From an uncultured bacterium (lineage in GTDB: Bacteria; Chloroflexota; UBA5177; JANWHV01): DNA of 64,000 nt. Positions within the stretch are counted from its first letter, which is position 1. Every line of letters starts with the position of its first letter. The DNA is taken from the NCBI GenBank assembly GCA_963827235.1, contig CAWHAE010000017.1, forward strand, positions 64,001 to 128,000, written 5' to 3'. The position numbers were made by a program, and so were the translations under genes. Below the pieces are notes generated by a model, which worked only from the letters and a program-made list of their open reading frames with translations, ran no database searches and was not told where the DNA came from. Positions 1 through 10,283 of the stretch are shown piece after piece.

Positions 1-2
1 CA

Positions 3-299
3 GCGATTGGCAGAGATCCGGCCACGATACGCAAGACGTGGGCGTGCGAGTGTGTGGCCGTGGCGCCGACGCAGAGCGCCGCGCAGCAGCTGGCAGAAGC
101 CAGTCCGTTCTATGAGGTTGCCAACGCACTTGTTGGTACACCTGACGAGGTGGCCGCTGCGCTGCAGCGCTGGATCGAGGCTGGTGTCAGCTATTTTCAG
201 CTTCGCTTTGCCGACTTCCCGCACCTCGACGGCGTGAGGTTGTTCGCGCGCGAAGTCTTGCCGCGGTTCGCTACAGCCAGGTACGCGATACGCCCGTAG
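3..299 (+). CDS. LLM-class flavin-dependent oxidoreductase, C-terminal part (5' end outside window)
   Basis: Open frame from position 3 (AIGRDPATIRKTW...LVGTPDEVAAALQRWIEAGVSYFQLRF...RLFAREVLPRF), a typical luciferase-like C-terminus. Confidence 0.8.
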   Translation, partial: AIGRDPATIRKTWACECVAVAPTQSAAQQLAEASPFYEVANALVGTPDEVAAALQRWIEAGVSYFQLRFADFPHLDGVRLFAREVLPRFATARYAIRP

Positions 300-404
300 C
301 CCTCATGCTGCACGAGTGATGCTAATGGGTCAGTTGTCCTGGTTATTGCCATTGGCTCAGGCCGCCTTTCGTCGCGGCACGGGCTGCCAGCTTTCGGCGT
401 TCAT

Positions 405-590
405 GTGCTCGCCGCCGATCGCCTGCTGGTCGAAGGCGACTTGAGAGTCGCGGGTCACACCGTGCCGATCGCCTTCGAAGTTCGTCTCGCACAGCGAGAG
501 AGCACGATCACAGTGGAAGCTCAGATCCCGGCCGACCGCGCGCGCTTCGGCATGACCCATAACCTCTTGCACATGGTGTCGTCCGCGGCG
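405..590 (+). pseudogene. YceI-like C-terminal fragment
   Basis: LLVEGDLRVAGHTVPIAFEV...VEAQIPADRARFGM resembles the YceI beta-barrel C-half; no N-terminus. Confidence 0.45.
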
Positions 591-615
591 CTGCGATGGT
601 GGGACGCAACGTCCT

Positions 616-1270
616 CTACCCCGGCAACGTCGACCCGCAATTGGTCGGGCGCGCGATCAGCCGTATCGTGCATCGGGGCAGCAGCGGTGAGGAAGCGCTG
701 GATCTCCTGCAGACGGGCAAGGCGGAGCGCACCGCAGCATTCGCCTGCTTAGCATGAGACAGCGTGCGGGCGGGCGATGCACTCCTCCCTCGAGTAACCC
801 CCTGGAGGAAGTCCGTGTAACTGAGTTCTTGTTCGGCAGCGCGTTCCAGCCAGGCCGGCAAGACCGCGGCGGCCTGCGCGAGATGGAGTTGCGCGAGCAG
901 CGGTGCCAAGGGATCGGTCATCGTGCTGCCTGCGTCCGGTCCTGATGCACCCACGCTTCATAGATCTGCAACGATCGGTCGACCGCTGTTTGGCTAGGCT
1001 GACCCGGCAAAACCAGACGCAGCGGCGGCTGGCTAAGCCGAGGATGGTGGAGCAGCACGGCGAGCGCGTCGGCTTGGTAGGTGCCGGCCTCATCGGCGAG
1101 GGCCATGGCCGCCAGGAGGTCCGCGGTCCCATAGGTCTGGCCCAGGGCATAGACCGCCCGCAGCTCCTCCGGCAAGTGGTCGCGCTGCCGCGAGGAGAGG
1201 GCGGCCAGGAAGGCGGGCGCCACGCCACCTAAGCGCAGCAGTGAGTCCCGATAGAGCATCGCCACCATCT
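616..1270 (-). mobile_element. IS21-family remnant (istA C-terminus plus degenerate istB start)
   Basis: istA-like tail ...VDRSLQIYEAWV ends at 918 and overlaps (ATGA) the istB-like start at 921, MTDPLAPLLAQLHLAQAAAVLPAWLERAAEQELSYTDFL; then frameshifts. Confidence 0.7.
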
Positions 1271-1408
1271 GGGGTGCCCCACTCCAAAGCATGCCAGTGC
1301 CAATCCTGGAGGTAACCAGCCGTGAGGCAGGGCCATCTGCGCGGGGTGTCATGGCACAGGCGCGGCGAGCCCGTACAAGGCAGCAAAGGCACCTGAGCGA
1401 GAGACGGT

Positions 1409-2152
1409 CTAGCGCGCCGCGCTCTGTCCCGCCAGTGCCTCGTCCCACATCTCATTGGCTCCCTGCATATACACGTCGACGAAGTTCGGGATGGGCAGCA
1501 GAGGCTGCTCGAGGCGGGCCGCAGTCTCGGGAGCGAGCGCGTGCAGGGTGACGGCCTCACGGCCGGCCTGCCGGACCACCTGCAAGTAGCTGTCGACGGC
1601 GGGCTGGACGGCCGGGTCGGTGCTCTGCAGGAGACCGCCGCCGCCCCTATAAATCTCGGCGATCAGCTCGCCGTGGAAGTTCCGTGCCACGCGTTGGAAC
1701 AGTAGCCGCAGCACCTGGAAGTGGCTTTGTTCGGCAAATCCGCAATTGGCGATGGCGATTAGAGAGGGAGCGAGCCGATGCTTCCGGACATGGCGATACT
1801 CTCCGCGGTCGTCTTGCTCGAAATGAGGATCAACAAGGGGGATGAGCCTGTCCATGAAGGTCTTCATGAGGCCGGAGACGTTGTCGACGTAGAGCGGCGT
1901 GGCGACGACCAGCATGTCAGCGGCGGCCACCTTCGGCAGCAAATCGCGCATGTCGTCGTCCTGCACGCAGACACCGGGCGAGCCGGCCCAGCAGGTGAAA
2001 CAGCCGCGGCACGGCTTGATCTCGCAGTTGGCGAGAAAGACGTTCTCGACCGCGGCGCCCGCATCTCGAGCACCTTGCAGGAACGCCTTGACCATGACGT
2101 GCGTGTTGCCGTGATCCGCCTTTGGGCTGCCGTTGAATACCGTGACGTTCAT
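1409..2152 (-). CDS. Flavodoxin-family / iron-sulfur flavoprotein (NADPH-dependent FMN reductase-like)
   Basis: FNGSPKADHGNT, CRGCFTCW-x5-C-x2-DDM and ATPLYVDNVSGLMKTFMDR motifs. Confidence 0.9.
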   Translation of the reverse strand: MNVTVFNGSPKADHGNTHVMVKAFLQGARDAGAAVENVFLANCEIKPCRGCFTCWAGSPGVCVQDDDMRDLLPKVAAADMLVVATPLYVDNVSGLMKTFMDRLIPLVDPHFEQDDRGEYRHVRKHRLAPSLIAIANCGFAEQSHFQVLRLLFQRVARNFHGELIAEIYRGGGGLLQSTDPAVQPAVDSYLQVVRQAGREAVTLHALAPETAARLEQPLLPIPNFVDVYMQGANEMWDEALAGQSAAR

Positions 2153-2180
2153 CGTCCGCTACCACCCTTCCTGTGGCTAT

Positions 2181-2198
2181 TTATTGATTAATCACTAA
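2181..2198. promoter_or_regulatory. AT-rich near-palindromic operator (TetR-like) upstream of the flavoprotein gene
   Basis: TTATTGATTAATCACTAA versus its reverse complement TTAGTGATTAATCAATAA; lies between a TTGACG-N18-TATGAT promoter (minus strand) and the start codon. Confidence 0.55.
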
Positions 2199-2640
2199 CA
2201 AGGAGAGCCATCATAGTACGGCGATGCCGCGCGCGTCAAGCTCTGCGCGTGGCGCCGTCCGTGCCGCGGAGCATTGACCACGCATGCATCTCGCGACGCT
2301 CTTCGTCAGTGACACCGCCGCCACATGGAACGAGTTCACGACATCGACGCCTGCGCGGCTCCGCCTCCCCCTGGCACAACGACCGCGAAACGCGACACAT
2401 CGGCGCCGTGATCGCGCGGACCCGACGTTAAGCTTTTCGCCGCACCCACTACCCATCGAGCGGCCTCATGCATGAGGATGCAACCTCACGCTCACCGTCG
2501 TGGCGCGATGGCCTCGTGATGTGACAGGTGACCTGGCTGGCTCGGCTCGTTATGCCTGGGCGCAAGTGTCACGGTTGACATCGATGAGGCGGGAGCGGCG
2601 ATTGGTTGTTGACCACAATCGCGCGGCGCTGCCTACGCCC

Positions 2641-3205
2641 TCACCGCCCAGGCGCGGCGGGGACCACCGGGAGCACGACACGGGAGGGGTGCTCCCTGTC
2701 GAGCAAGATCTGCTGGCGGGCTACCTGCATCATGGCGCCGACGCCAAAGGGATGGCCGGCGTTCGGATCGCGATCCCAGCGCGGGAAGCAGCTAGACGTG
2801 ATCTGGAGCCGGATGCGGTGGCCTGCCTGGAACACGTTGCTCGTGGCCCACAGGTCGATCGTGTACGCATAGTGCCGTCCCGGCTCAATCAGCGTGGGCG
2901 GCGCGCCCGTGGCGAAGTCCCGGTACCGCGCCCGCAGGATCCCATCGCTCAGGTTGACGGACCGTCCGTCGGGGAGGACATCGGTTAGCCGCGCGACGAA
3001 GTCGTTGTCCGGCGCCGAGGAGGCCGCCCACAGGTGCACCGTGAGCAGGCCCGTCACCTCCATGTCTCGCTCCATTGGCGCGCTGATGTAGACGAGCACG
3101 TCGAGCCGCTCCTCGATCGGCCGGTGGTCGAACGGGCCAGCGGGGTACCACGGCCCCATGAGCGGGCCCCCGCCCCGCGTGGGCACCGGGTCCGCCGGGT
3201 CATAG
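2641..3205 (-). pseudogene. CocE/NonD family hydrolase, C-terminal domain only
   Basis: YDPADPVPTRGG...DVLVYIS...VHLWAASSAPDNDFVARLTDV..DG...GHRIRLQITSSCFPRWDRDPN; catalytic N-terminal domain is absent. Confidence 0.8.
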
Positions 3206-3242
3206 GCATATTATGTGGCTTGCAGCCCCCGCGGACCATATA

Positions 3243-3273
3243 TTGAACAATGTGCATCAATATGTGGTATAAT
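3243..3273 (+). promoter_or_regulatory. Sigma70-type extended -10 promoter of the csp gene
   Basis: TG-g-TATAAT at 3265-3273, about 90 nt upstream of the GTG start. Confidence 0.65.
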
Positions 3274-3360
3274 AAGGAGTCATCACAGGAGCTTCTTGAT
3301 CGTATTGGTATGTGACCAATCCTCTCTCCGATCCCCCTCGCATGGCAGAAAGAGCGCACA

Positions 3361-3573
3361 GTGGCACAAGGTACAATTGCACGCGTCACCGACCGCGGTT
3401 TTGGCTTCATCAGCCAAGAGCAGGGCGGAGAAGATTTGTTCTTTCACACGTCCGCACTGGTCGGCGTTACGTTCGACGAATTGCAGCGCAACGACGTTGT
3501 GCAGTACGATTCGGAGCCGGATACGCGAGGTCGCGGCAATCGCGCGGTGAACGTTCAAAGGATCAACCGTTAA
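3361..3573 (+). CDS. csp: Cold-shock protein
   Basis: RGFGFI (RNP1) and DLFFHTS (RNP2); 70 aa. Confidence 0.95.
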   Translation: MAQGTIARVTDRGFGFISQEQGGEDLFFHTSALVGVTFDELQRNDVVQYDSEPDTRGRGNRAVNVQRINR

Positions 3574-3617
3574 CGGCCCCGGCGTTCCTCGAGAAGGTGA
3601 CGCTACGTACCCGACAG

Positions 3618-3656
3618 AAGGAGAGGGCGCTTCGCATTGTGGAGCGCCCTCTCCTT
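3618..3656 (+). terminator. Stem-loop downstream of csp
   Basis: 14-bp perfect stem AAGGAGAGGGCGCT/AGCGCCCTCTCCTT; weak U-tract. Confidence 0.6.
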
Positions 3657-4071
3657 GCGCTCGAAGTTCTCGAAGTTATTGCCAAGGAAGGGCCGAGCAC
3701 GAGTGCGCCAAGCATAGGCTTCGGTTGCCGCGCATGCAACAGGATGCCGCTCGATGCGCGACAGGCCTGTTCCGCTGACCCGCAATGTCCCCGCTGGGAT
3801 GGTGGCCGAGAACGAGCGGTTTCTCGACGTACGGCGGGCTGACGTCGCCCCGCAAATCCGCTCTGTCGCCGACGACGGGGACCTCAAGAAACACCGATCC
3901 GTCCGTGCGCCAGTCACGTATGACGGAACTGGGTACGACGCTCAGAGTTTATCACGAGATATCAGGTCCATTGGACCTACCGGAACGGAGCTACGCAATG
4001 CCCGAATAAGTTGTCCCGATAGCGCCGGTGGAGACGGTGATGACTGAGTCAGTCTGAGAGAGGGAACGTCA

Positions 4072-4359
4072 ATGAAGCGCTCGACCACACACGTGAAATC
4101 CGGTATGCAGGTTGTCCTCCAGGGTGAGGCACGCAAACTAGGGAACCATCTCGATCGCAACCGTATTGCCTATGAGACGCTGAGCCAGCCTGGACCCATG
4201 ACCTTGCGGGTGGCAGCAGCTGACTGGCAGTCTATTCGCGCTATCGCCACTGCACTTGGTTATGGCCGTCCAGACTTTGTCGGCGAGCCCGAGACTGTGG
4301 GAGTGGATCCTTTCAAAGGCTACTGGATGCTCCAGGCGGCTGAGGCACACCGCTGCTAG
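4072..4359 (+). CDS. Hypothetical protein
   Basis: ATG with GAGGG RBS, protein-like composition, no family recognised. Confidence 0.45.
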   Translation: MKRSTTHVKSGMQVVLQGEARKLGNHLDRNRIAYETLSQPGPMTLRVAAADWQSIRAIATALGYGRPDFVGEPETVGVDPFKGYWMLQAAEAHRC

Positions 4360-4600
4360 GCATCGCACGTGCCGTAGACGCGCCGCTAGAGCATGTAGTC
4401 CATGAGCGTGTGGTGCCGGCACAGTAATAGCGTGCAGCCGATCGCCATCCATCGCCGCCGCTGTCCGTGGACGCCGGACGCAGCGGTTTGACCCGGGAGG
4501 AAGCACGGTCACGACGTTGACGCGCTTGCCGTCGGGGGACCACGGCACACCGCAGACGCTTGGACCTTCTCGACGGCGATGTGCGCATAGACCTGTACCG

Positions 4601-5890
4601 TCAGCGACGAGGCATGTCCGAGGACGCGCTGATCGGTGGCGTGTGAGACTCCGTCGAGGAGTCAATCTGTGCAGATCGAGCAGCCACATGCCGGCTGAAC
4701 AGCGCAGCGCTGGCTACGCCTGCGAGGCACACCAGGCCGAGCAACACCACGGTGGCCTGTACGCCGGCGTGCGCTGCCAGCACGCCCACCAGCATGCCGC
4801 CGATCGGCGTCGTGCCGGCGAAGAGCAGGTAGTAGAGGCTCATCACACGTCCGCGCAGATGATCCGGCGCGGACATCTGGAGGCGGGTGCTGGCGCTGGA
4901 GCTGAAGGTGATGCTGGCCACGCCCAACACCACCAGCAACCCCAGCGTGACCGGCATCCAGGTGGAGATTCCTACCAGTGCCAGTACGACCGAAAAGACA
5001 AGTGCGGCGACCATGATCACCGTTTGCGAGGTCTGCCGTGCCGAGGCCACGCCGAGCGCGGCGACCACCGAGCCCACGCCGAGCGCCGACGTCAGCAAGC
5101 CAAGGCCTAGCGCACCGGCGTGCAAGGTGTACCTCGCCAGCAGCGGCAGCACGGTGCCGAAGTTGTAGCCGAACGTGCCGACGATACCGACCATGGTCAA
5201 CGTGCGCAGCACATCGGGAGCGCCGACGGCGTAGCGGATCCCTGCCCCTATCTGCCGGAATACGGTGCCGCGCGCCGGTCCGGCCACGGCATGGAACTCC
5301 CGCGGACGCATGATCGCTAGGCCCACGAGCACCGGCAGGAAGCTGGCCGCATTGATCAGAAATGCCTGACCGATGCCGATGGCGCTGATCACAATGCCGG
5401 CCAGAGCGGGGCCGACCACCCTCGCCGCATTGAACAGCATGCTATTGAGAGCAACCGCATTTTGCAGCTGCTCGTGTCCGACCAACTGCGCCACGAATGC
5501 CTGTCGGGCCGGATTGTCCACCGCGTTGACGGTGCCCAGCAGGAAGGCCACCACGTAGATTTCCCACAACTGGACCGCATTGGTGACGACCAGCATGCCA
5601 AGCAGCACGGCCTGCAGAGCAGCCACGCTCTGCGTGCAGAACACCAAGTTGCGCCTGGGCACCCGGTCGGCGATCACGCCGCCGACCAGCGTCAACGCCG
5701 TCACCGGCAGGAACTGCAACATGGTGACCGTGCCCAGCGCCGTCGGGGAGTTGGTCAGCTTCAGGACCAGCCACGCTTGCGCCGTGGTCTGCATCCAGGT
5801 GCCGCTGATCGAGATCAGCTGCCCGAGCCAGAAGACGCGATAGTTGTAGATGGCAAGGGAGCGAAACGTCCGGCCGAAGCGCACCCTCAT
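4601..5890 (-). CDS. MFS transporter (EntS/DHA3-like)
   Basis: NYRVFWLGQLISISGTWMQ, GGVIADRVPRR (motif A), DNPARQAF; start overlaps the marR stop. Confidence 0.93.
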   Translation of the reverse strand: MRVRFGRTFRSLAIYNYRVFWLGQLISISGTWMQTTAQAWLVLKLTNSPTALGTVTMLQFLPVTALTLVGGVIADRVPRRNLVFCTQSVAALQAVLLGMLVVTNAVQLWEIYVVAFLLGTVNAVDNPARQAFVAQLVGHEQLQNAVALNSMLFNAARVVGPALAGIVISAIGIGQAFLINAASFLPVLVGLAIMRPREFHAVAGPARGTVFRQIGAGIRYAVGAPDVLRTLTMVGIVGTFGYNFGTVLPLLARYTLHAGALGLGLLTSALGVGSVVAALGVASARQTSQTVIMVAALVFSVVLALVGISTWMPVTLGLLVVLGVASITFSSSASTRLQMSAPDHLRGRVMSLYYLLFAGTTPIGGMLVGVLAAHAGVQATVVLLGLVCLAGVASAALFSRHVAARSAQIDSSTESHTPPISASSDMPRR

Positions 5891-6351
5891 GTGCTGGATA
5901 GCTCCTGGGCTTCGGCGCTCGGTGCCTGCACACGCTCGATGCCCGCTGCCACCAACTCCAGCATCTCGGTCACCCGTTCGAGATCCGGTCCAAGCTGGTC
6001 TGCCAGCGTCGTGAGGAGCGCACGATTGCCCTCCCCGATCGTGCCGACGGCTGCCGCACCGTCGGCGGTAAGCGTGAGCGGGATCACGCGCCGGTCGGCC
6101 ACCAACCGGCCACGCTCTACCAATCCGGCGCGTACCAGCTTGTCCACCAGTCCACTCACGGTCGCCGTGGTCAAGCCGAGATGGCGAGCCAGCACATGGG
6201 TGGTGACGCCGGGCTGTGCTCGAATCTTGAACAGGACTCGCAACTGCGGCAGCGTCACACCCTGCTCTTCCCATACGTGCAGGCGAAGCGTCTCCACGTA
6301 ATGCACCAGCGACCAATACGCACTGCGAAAGCGCTGTTCGATATCACCCAT
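5887..6351 (-). CDS. MarR family transcriptional regulator
   Basis: VTLPQLRVL...LARHLGLTTATVSGLVDKLVRAGLVER...DRR..LTLTADG. Confidence 0.93.
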   Translation of the reverse strand: MGDIEQRFRSAYWSLVHYVETLRLHVWEEQGVTLPQLRVLFKIRAQPGVTTHVLARHLGLTTATVSGLVDKLVRAGLVERGRLVADRRVIPLTLTADGAAAVGTIGEGNRALLTTLADQLGPDLERVTEMLELVAAGIERVQAPSAEAQELSST

Positions 6352-6631
6352 AGCCTCATACTACGGCATATCCTAACAATTAGCTACCACCTGCCTAATT
6401 CACCGTTGCGGGACGCGCAACTCCACGCAAACTCACACTTCCGGATAGAGGCAAACGTATGGATAGTGATCTTGGCATGACCGTACACACGAGCGACGGC
6501 AGGAGTGCTGGCTCGACTGTCCGCCCTGTGCTACTTGTCCATATAGTATGAATACACTCTGCGGAACTCCTGTCTGAGCACGGGAGTAGCGCCGCGATGC
6601 AGCAGAACTCCGGGGGAAGCATGTGGCACTA

Positions 6632-6712
6632 CTTGGGATCGGACCAAAGCTCAACCATCGTGTTCCCGAGTTCGATTGAGCTGATCAAGCCGGTCCTGGC
6701 GGCGCCAGTGCC
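6632..6712 (+). pseudogene. SPFH/slipin C-terminal remnant
   Basis: LGSDQSSTIVFPSSIELIKPVLAAPV matches MGSNQNSTIVFPIPIELIKPLLAAPV of the gene at 26484. Confidence 0.65.
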
Positions 6713-6799
6713 GCTGGTCCGGTCGATGTCCCTTAGCGAGGTGGCACTGATGGCGACCGCCGGCGCCGAGCCGGACTTGGCCCGGTTGCCCTCGGACGT

Positions 6800-8173
6800 T
6801 CATCCCGGCAGGGTAATGGTGAATTCCGTGCCCTGGCCTACCACGCTCCGCACGTCTATCGTGCCGCCATGTGCCTGCACAATGCCGCGAGCCACACTCA
6901 ACCCGATGCCCGCCCCGCCCGTGGCCCGATCGCGCGACGGGTCGGCACGGTAGAAACGCTCGAAGATGTACGGTAGGTGTTCAGGCGCAATACCGTGCCC
7001 GGTGTCTCGCACCAGAATGACGGCGGAGCGCGCATCGCCCACGACGCTGAGCATGACGCTCCCGCCTGGCGGCGTGTGGACCAACGCGTTGGCAATCAGG
7101 TTGCGCAGCACCTGGCTCATTCGTGGTGCATCGACGGCAATCGGCGGTAGCGGTCCGGCGGGAGGAAGCATGTCCAGGGCTACGCCCCGATCGCGTGCCG
7201 TCACCGCCTGCATCACCACCGCCTGCTCCACCAGCGGCGCCAGCGGTTGCACGACACGGTGCAGACTGAGTTGTCCTGCTTCGGCGAGCGCCAGATCCTG
7301 CAGGTCGCCCATTAACCCGCCAAGCAGCTGTACCTCTTCGTGCATCGAGTCGATCAACGATGGAGTCGCCGCGATCGCGCCATCCTGGATCGCTTCGAGG
7401 TAACCCAGCACGCTCGTCAGCGGCGTGCGCAGCTCATGCGCGATATCGGCGATCTGGACCCGCCGCATGCGCTGGGCCTCCTCCAGACTCGCCGCCATCT
7501 GGTTGAAGGCCGCCGCCAGCACCGCTACCTCATCCCCCGTGCCGAGAGCCTGCACTCGTTGCGTCAGGTCGCCGCCGGCGAGTCGCGCTGCCGCGCCGGT
7601 CATCGTACTGAGCGGGACCGTGATACGCCGCACGGAGAAGAAGGCCAGCGCGAGTGCGGCACCGAGAGCGCCAAGGCCAATAAGCAGCAGCTCTGAATCG
7701 ACGTTGGCCAGGAAGTCCTGTTGCGCCTTGGAGCTGCTTGCCACGGGGATCAGCGCAAGCTCCCCCAGCTTGCGTGGCACGGCGCGACCTCGGATCGGCA
7801 TGACGATGGCATTGGCCGACTGCACGAATGCTTGTCCCACCGAAGTATGCCCGGAGTCGGCCACAATCGTGCCGGAGTCGTCCACCACTTCCAGCCGGGC
7901 ATGCACATTCGCCGCCTGATCCTCCAGAAACTGTTGTGTAGCGGTCCAGTTGCCATCCTGGGTGTAGAGCAGCCTGATCGTCACTCCCAGCACCCGTGCG
8001 CGTGTGGTCAGTCCTTGCGCACGCTGTGCGGTCACATAGCTGCCGAACGCCTGCTGGGTGCGCAGGTGGGTGACGACGGCAATGGCACTGACACAGAGGA
8101 TAAGGATCAGCGCGGTGGGCGCGAAGAATCGCACTAACAGCGACCGGCGCAGGAGGTTCAGGTGTCCAATCAT
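6800..8173 (-). CDS. HAMP sensor histidine kinase (BaeS-like)
   Basis: Two TM segments, HAMP, AHELRTPL H-box, NLIANAL N-box, DTGHGI, GAGIGL. Confidence 0.95.
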   Translation of the reverse strand: MIGHLNLLRRSLLVRFFAPTALILILCVSAIAVVTHLRTQQAFGSYVTAQRAQGLTTRARVLGVTIRLLYTQDGNWTATQQFLEDQAANVHARLEVVDDSGTIVADSGHTSVGQAFVQSANAIVMPIRGRAVPRKLGELALIPVASSSKAQQDFLANVDSELLLIGLGALGAALALAFFSVRRITVPLSTMTGAAARLAGGDLTQRVQALGTGDEVAVLAAAFNQMAASLEEAQRMRRVQIADIAHELRTPLTSVLGYLEAIQDGAIAATPSLIDSMHEEVQLLGGLMGDLQDLALAEAGQLSLHRVVQPLAPLVEQAVVMQAVTARDRGVALDMLPPAGPLPPIAVDAPRMSQVLRNLIANALVHTPPGGSVMLSVVGDARSAVILVRDTGHGIAPEHLPYIFERFYRADPSRDRATGGAGIGLSVARGIVQAHGGTIDVRSVVGQGTEFTITLPG

Positions 8174-8874
8174 CGCGGCGCCGGCAGCTTGTAGCCGACA
8201 CCGTAGACCGTGGTGATCCCCGAGGTCTCCGGCAGGCCGGCGGCAGCCATCTTGCTCCGCAGATTCTTGATGTGGACGTCGATGGTGCGCTCAAAGCCGT
8301 CGAAGTCGTCGCCGAACGCGGCGTCGATCAGTTGTTGCCGGCTGAGGATGCGGCCCGGCTCGCCTGCCAGCGCCGCCAACAGCGCGAACTCGGCCGGCGT
8401 CAGCGCCAGTGGTGCTGTGCCCACCGCTGCTTCGTGACGGTCAGGGAGGATGCGCAGCGGCCCAAGCTGGATCACCGGTGGTTCTGCCGGCCGTGGTCCA
8501 TCCGTTCGTCGCAACACGGCACGCACGCGCGCCAACAGTTCACGTGGACTGAACGGCTTGGTCACGTAGTCGTCGGCGCCCAGCTCCAGTCCACGGAGCG
8601 TCACGCCTTCGCCACGCAACGCGGTCAGCATGATAATCGGTACCTGAGAGCGTGACCGGATCCGCCGGCAGACCTCTCGCCCGTCGATGCCCGGCAGCAG
8701 AAGGTCGAGTATGATCAGTGCGGGCTGCTCGCTTTCGGCCAGTCGCAGCGCCTCATTCCCATCATACGCCAGCACCGCGCGGAATCCGTCGCGTTCCAGG
8801 TAGATGCGCACAACGTCCGCGATCTTGCGGTCATCCTCCACCACCAGCACGGTCCGCGCGGCCGTTTCCTCCAT
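8170..8874 (-). CDS. OmpR/BaeR family response regulator
   Basis: VVEDD, ILDLLLP, GADDYVTKPFSPREL, RTIDVHIKNLR, TVYGVGY. Confidence 0.95.
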   Translation of the reverse strand: MEETAARTVLVVEDDRKIADVVRIYLERDGFRAVLAYDGNEALRLAESEQPALIILDLLLPGIDGREVCRRIRSRSQVPIIMLTALRGEGVTLRGLELGADDYVTKPFSPRELLARVRAVLRRTDGPRPAEPPVIQLGPLRILPDRHEAAVGTAPLALTPAEFALLAALAGEPGRILSRQQLIDAAFGDDFDGFERTIDVHIKNLRSKMAAAGLPETSGITTVYGVGYKLPAPR

Positions 8875-9018
8875 GACTCATCTGCCTTCCGAGCGATCGG
8901 GCGCAACTGGAAGGCGCCCTAGCGCTTCGCCGGTGGTGCCATCCAGTTGCGGCCCGCATGCGAGCGGTATGGTCCATGATACGGGACCATACCGCTCTCC
9001 GATTCGGACTGGACTTGG

Positions 9019-9768
9019 TCAAGCCTGAGCGGCTGCGCGCGCCGACAGCGTTCTGGTGATTGCCTTGCCGATCGCCTGTTGCTCGCTCGTGGCCCTCTGC
9101 AGTGCCTGCGCCTGCGTGATCTTGCCCGCGGCCACCGCGGCATTAAGCTTGGTCTGGAGCGGCGCGAAGATAACCGCGGTGAGTTGCGCCTGTGTCGCCG
9201 AGGCATTGGTCTTCTGGCAGGCCGCCAGCACGCTGGTGCCACCCGCCTGCAGCAGGCTGGTCAGCGCGGTCGGCGTGGTGTTGCATGTGCCGGCAACGAG
9301 CTGCACCATCTGCTTCGTGCTCCACCCCATCGACCGCCCTCTGAAGCCCCCCATCGAGCCAGCTGCCGCCAGCTTGGGATGCGGCGTGACCACCAGGGTC
9401 TCCATCTTGCTCAACAGCGCGTTGTAGCGCGCCGCCTCCTGGCTGGCCGTGGTCCGTCCTGCCGTCACCGCGGCGTCCAGCCTGGCCTTCTGGGGCGCCA
9501 GTAGCGCGATGGCCAGGGCATTGGCATTCGCGTACTTGGACCCGGCGATCTGCCATAGGGTTTCGCCCTGATTCAAGTCCTGCTGCAACACCTGTGGTGT
9601 CACGCCCTCCACAGCGGCGATCTCAGCCAGCGTGGCGCCGGCGTGGCTGGTCCGCGGGTGGCCCGTACCTGCAGTTGTACCGGGCGCGGCGAATGCTACG
9701 GCTCCCGACCCGAGCACCAGGGCGGTACTCACGATGATGGGTGCGATGATTCGATGACTACGATTCAT
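9019..9768 (-). CDS. Secreted Ala-rich hypothetical protein, first gene of the two-component operon
   Basis: Signal peptide (..GAVAFA) and two internal repeats (LDAAVTAGRTTASQ / LNAAVAAGKITQAQ). Confidence 0.8.
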   Translation of the reverse strand: MNRSHRIIAPIIVSTALVLGSGAVAFAAPGTTAGTGHPRTSHAGATLAEIAAVEGVTPQVLQQDLNQGETLWQIAGSKYANANALAIALLAPQKARLDAAVTAGRTTASQEAARYNALLSKMETLVVTPHPKLAAAGSMGGFRGRSMGWSTKQMVQLVAGTCNTTPTALTSLLQAGGTSVLAACQKTNASATQAQLTAVIFAPLQTKLNAAVAAGKITQAQALQRATSEQQAIGKAITRTLSARAAAQA

Positions 9769-9835
9769 TTAGCGGTTTCCTTCTTGCTTGACACGATCCG
9801 TGCGCAGTCTCCCTGCGCTCCACCCTTACACTATG

Positions 9836-9861
9836 CGAAGATCGTGAAGAAGTTATGAAGA
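9836..9861 (-). promoter_or_regulatory. OmpR-type direct repeat (probable autoregulatory site)
   Basis: TGAAGA at 9845 and 9856 (11-bp period) plus CGAAGA at 9836, upstream of the 9768 start. Confidence 0.55.
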
Positions 9862-10085
9862 TGGTTTCGGGCCTCGCTGCCGGCAACGCAGTCGCTCTGA
9901 TTGCCACACAAACATCGGCCTGCGGCGGCTGCAGTTAAGAGCTGCATGCCAGCGCGCGCCAGGGCTGCAGGCCGGGCGGGAGGCGCCCACTCGCTCGGTG
10001 AAGTCAGCGCACGCCAGACGGTGCGGTGACAGCGGGTCAACACATCTTCCGTGACGTCCAGGGTCGGGCCGGGTTGCATTTATCC

Positions 10086-10188
10086 TGAGGTACTTAACGT
10101 CAAATGACCGAGGTTTGGCGACGTAGGCACCATATAGATAGAGGAACATTCAATAAAGGTTGACACTGGGCCGCAACAGGCCCATACT
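10086..10188 (+). promoter_or_regulatory. Conserved regulon promoter module, copy P1
   Basis: Distal TGAGGTACTTAA (10086); proximal TAGAGGAACATTCAATAA (10139-10156); TTGACA 10160; 17-nt spacer ending GCC; CATACT 10183. Confidence 0.8.
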
Positions 10189-10283
10189 CGGAAGGAGCCC
10201 TCCCTCACGGCACCGTGTGCTCGCGGCCGCGCAGATTGAGCATATTTGCGCTCGTGGGACAACGGGAGAGCAGGAGGATGCGC

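Noticed and set aside
4601-6316. 571-aa MFS ORF, and similar extended starts (16313, 39951-41297, 56047)
   Set aside because: The upstream extensions overlap other genes or lack homology; downstream starts with RBS or stop/start overlap were used instead.
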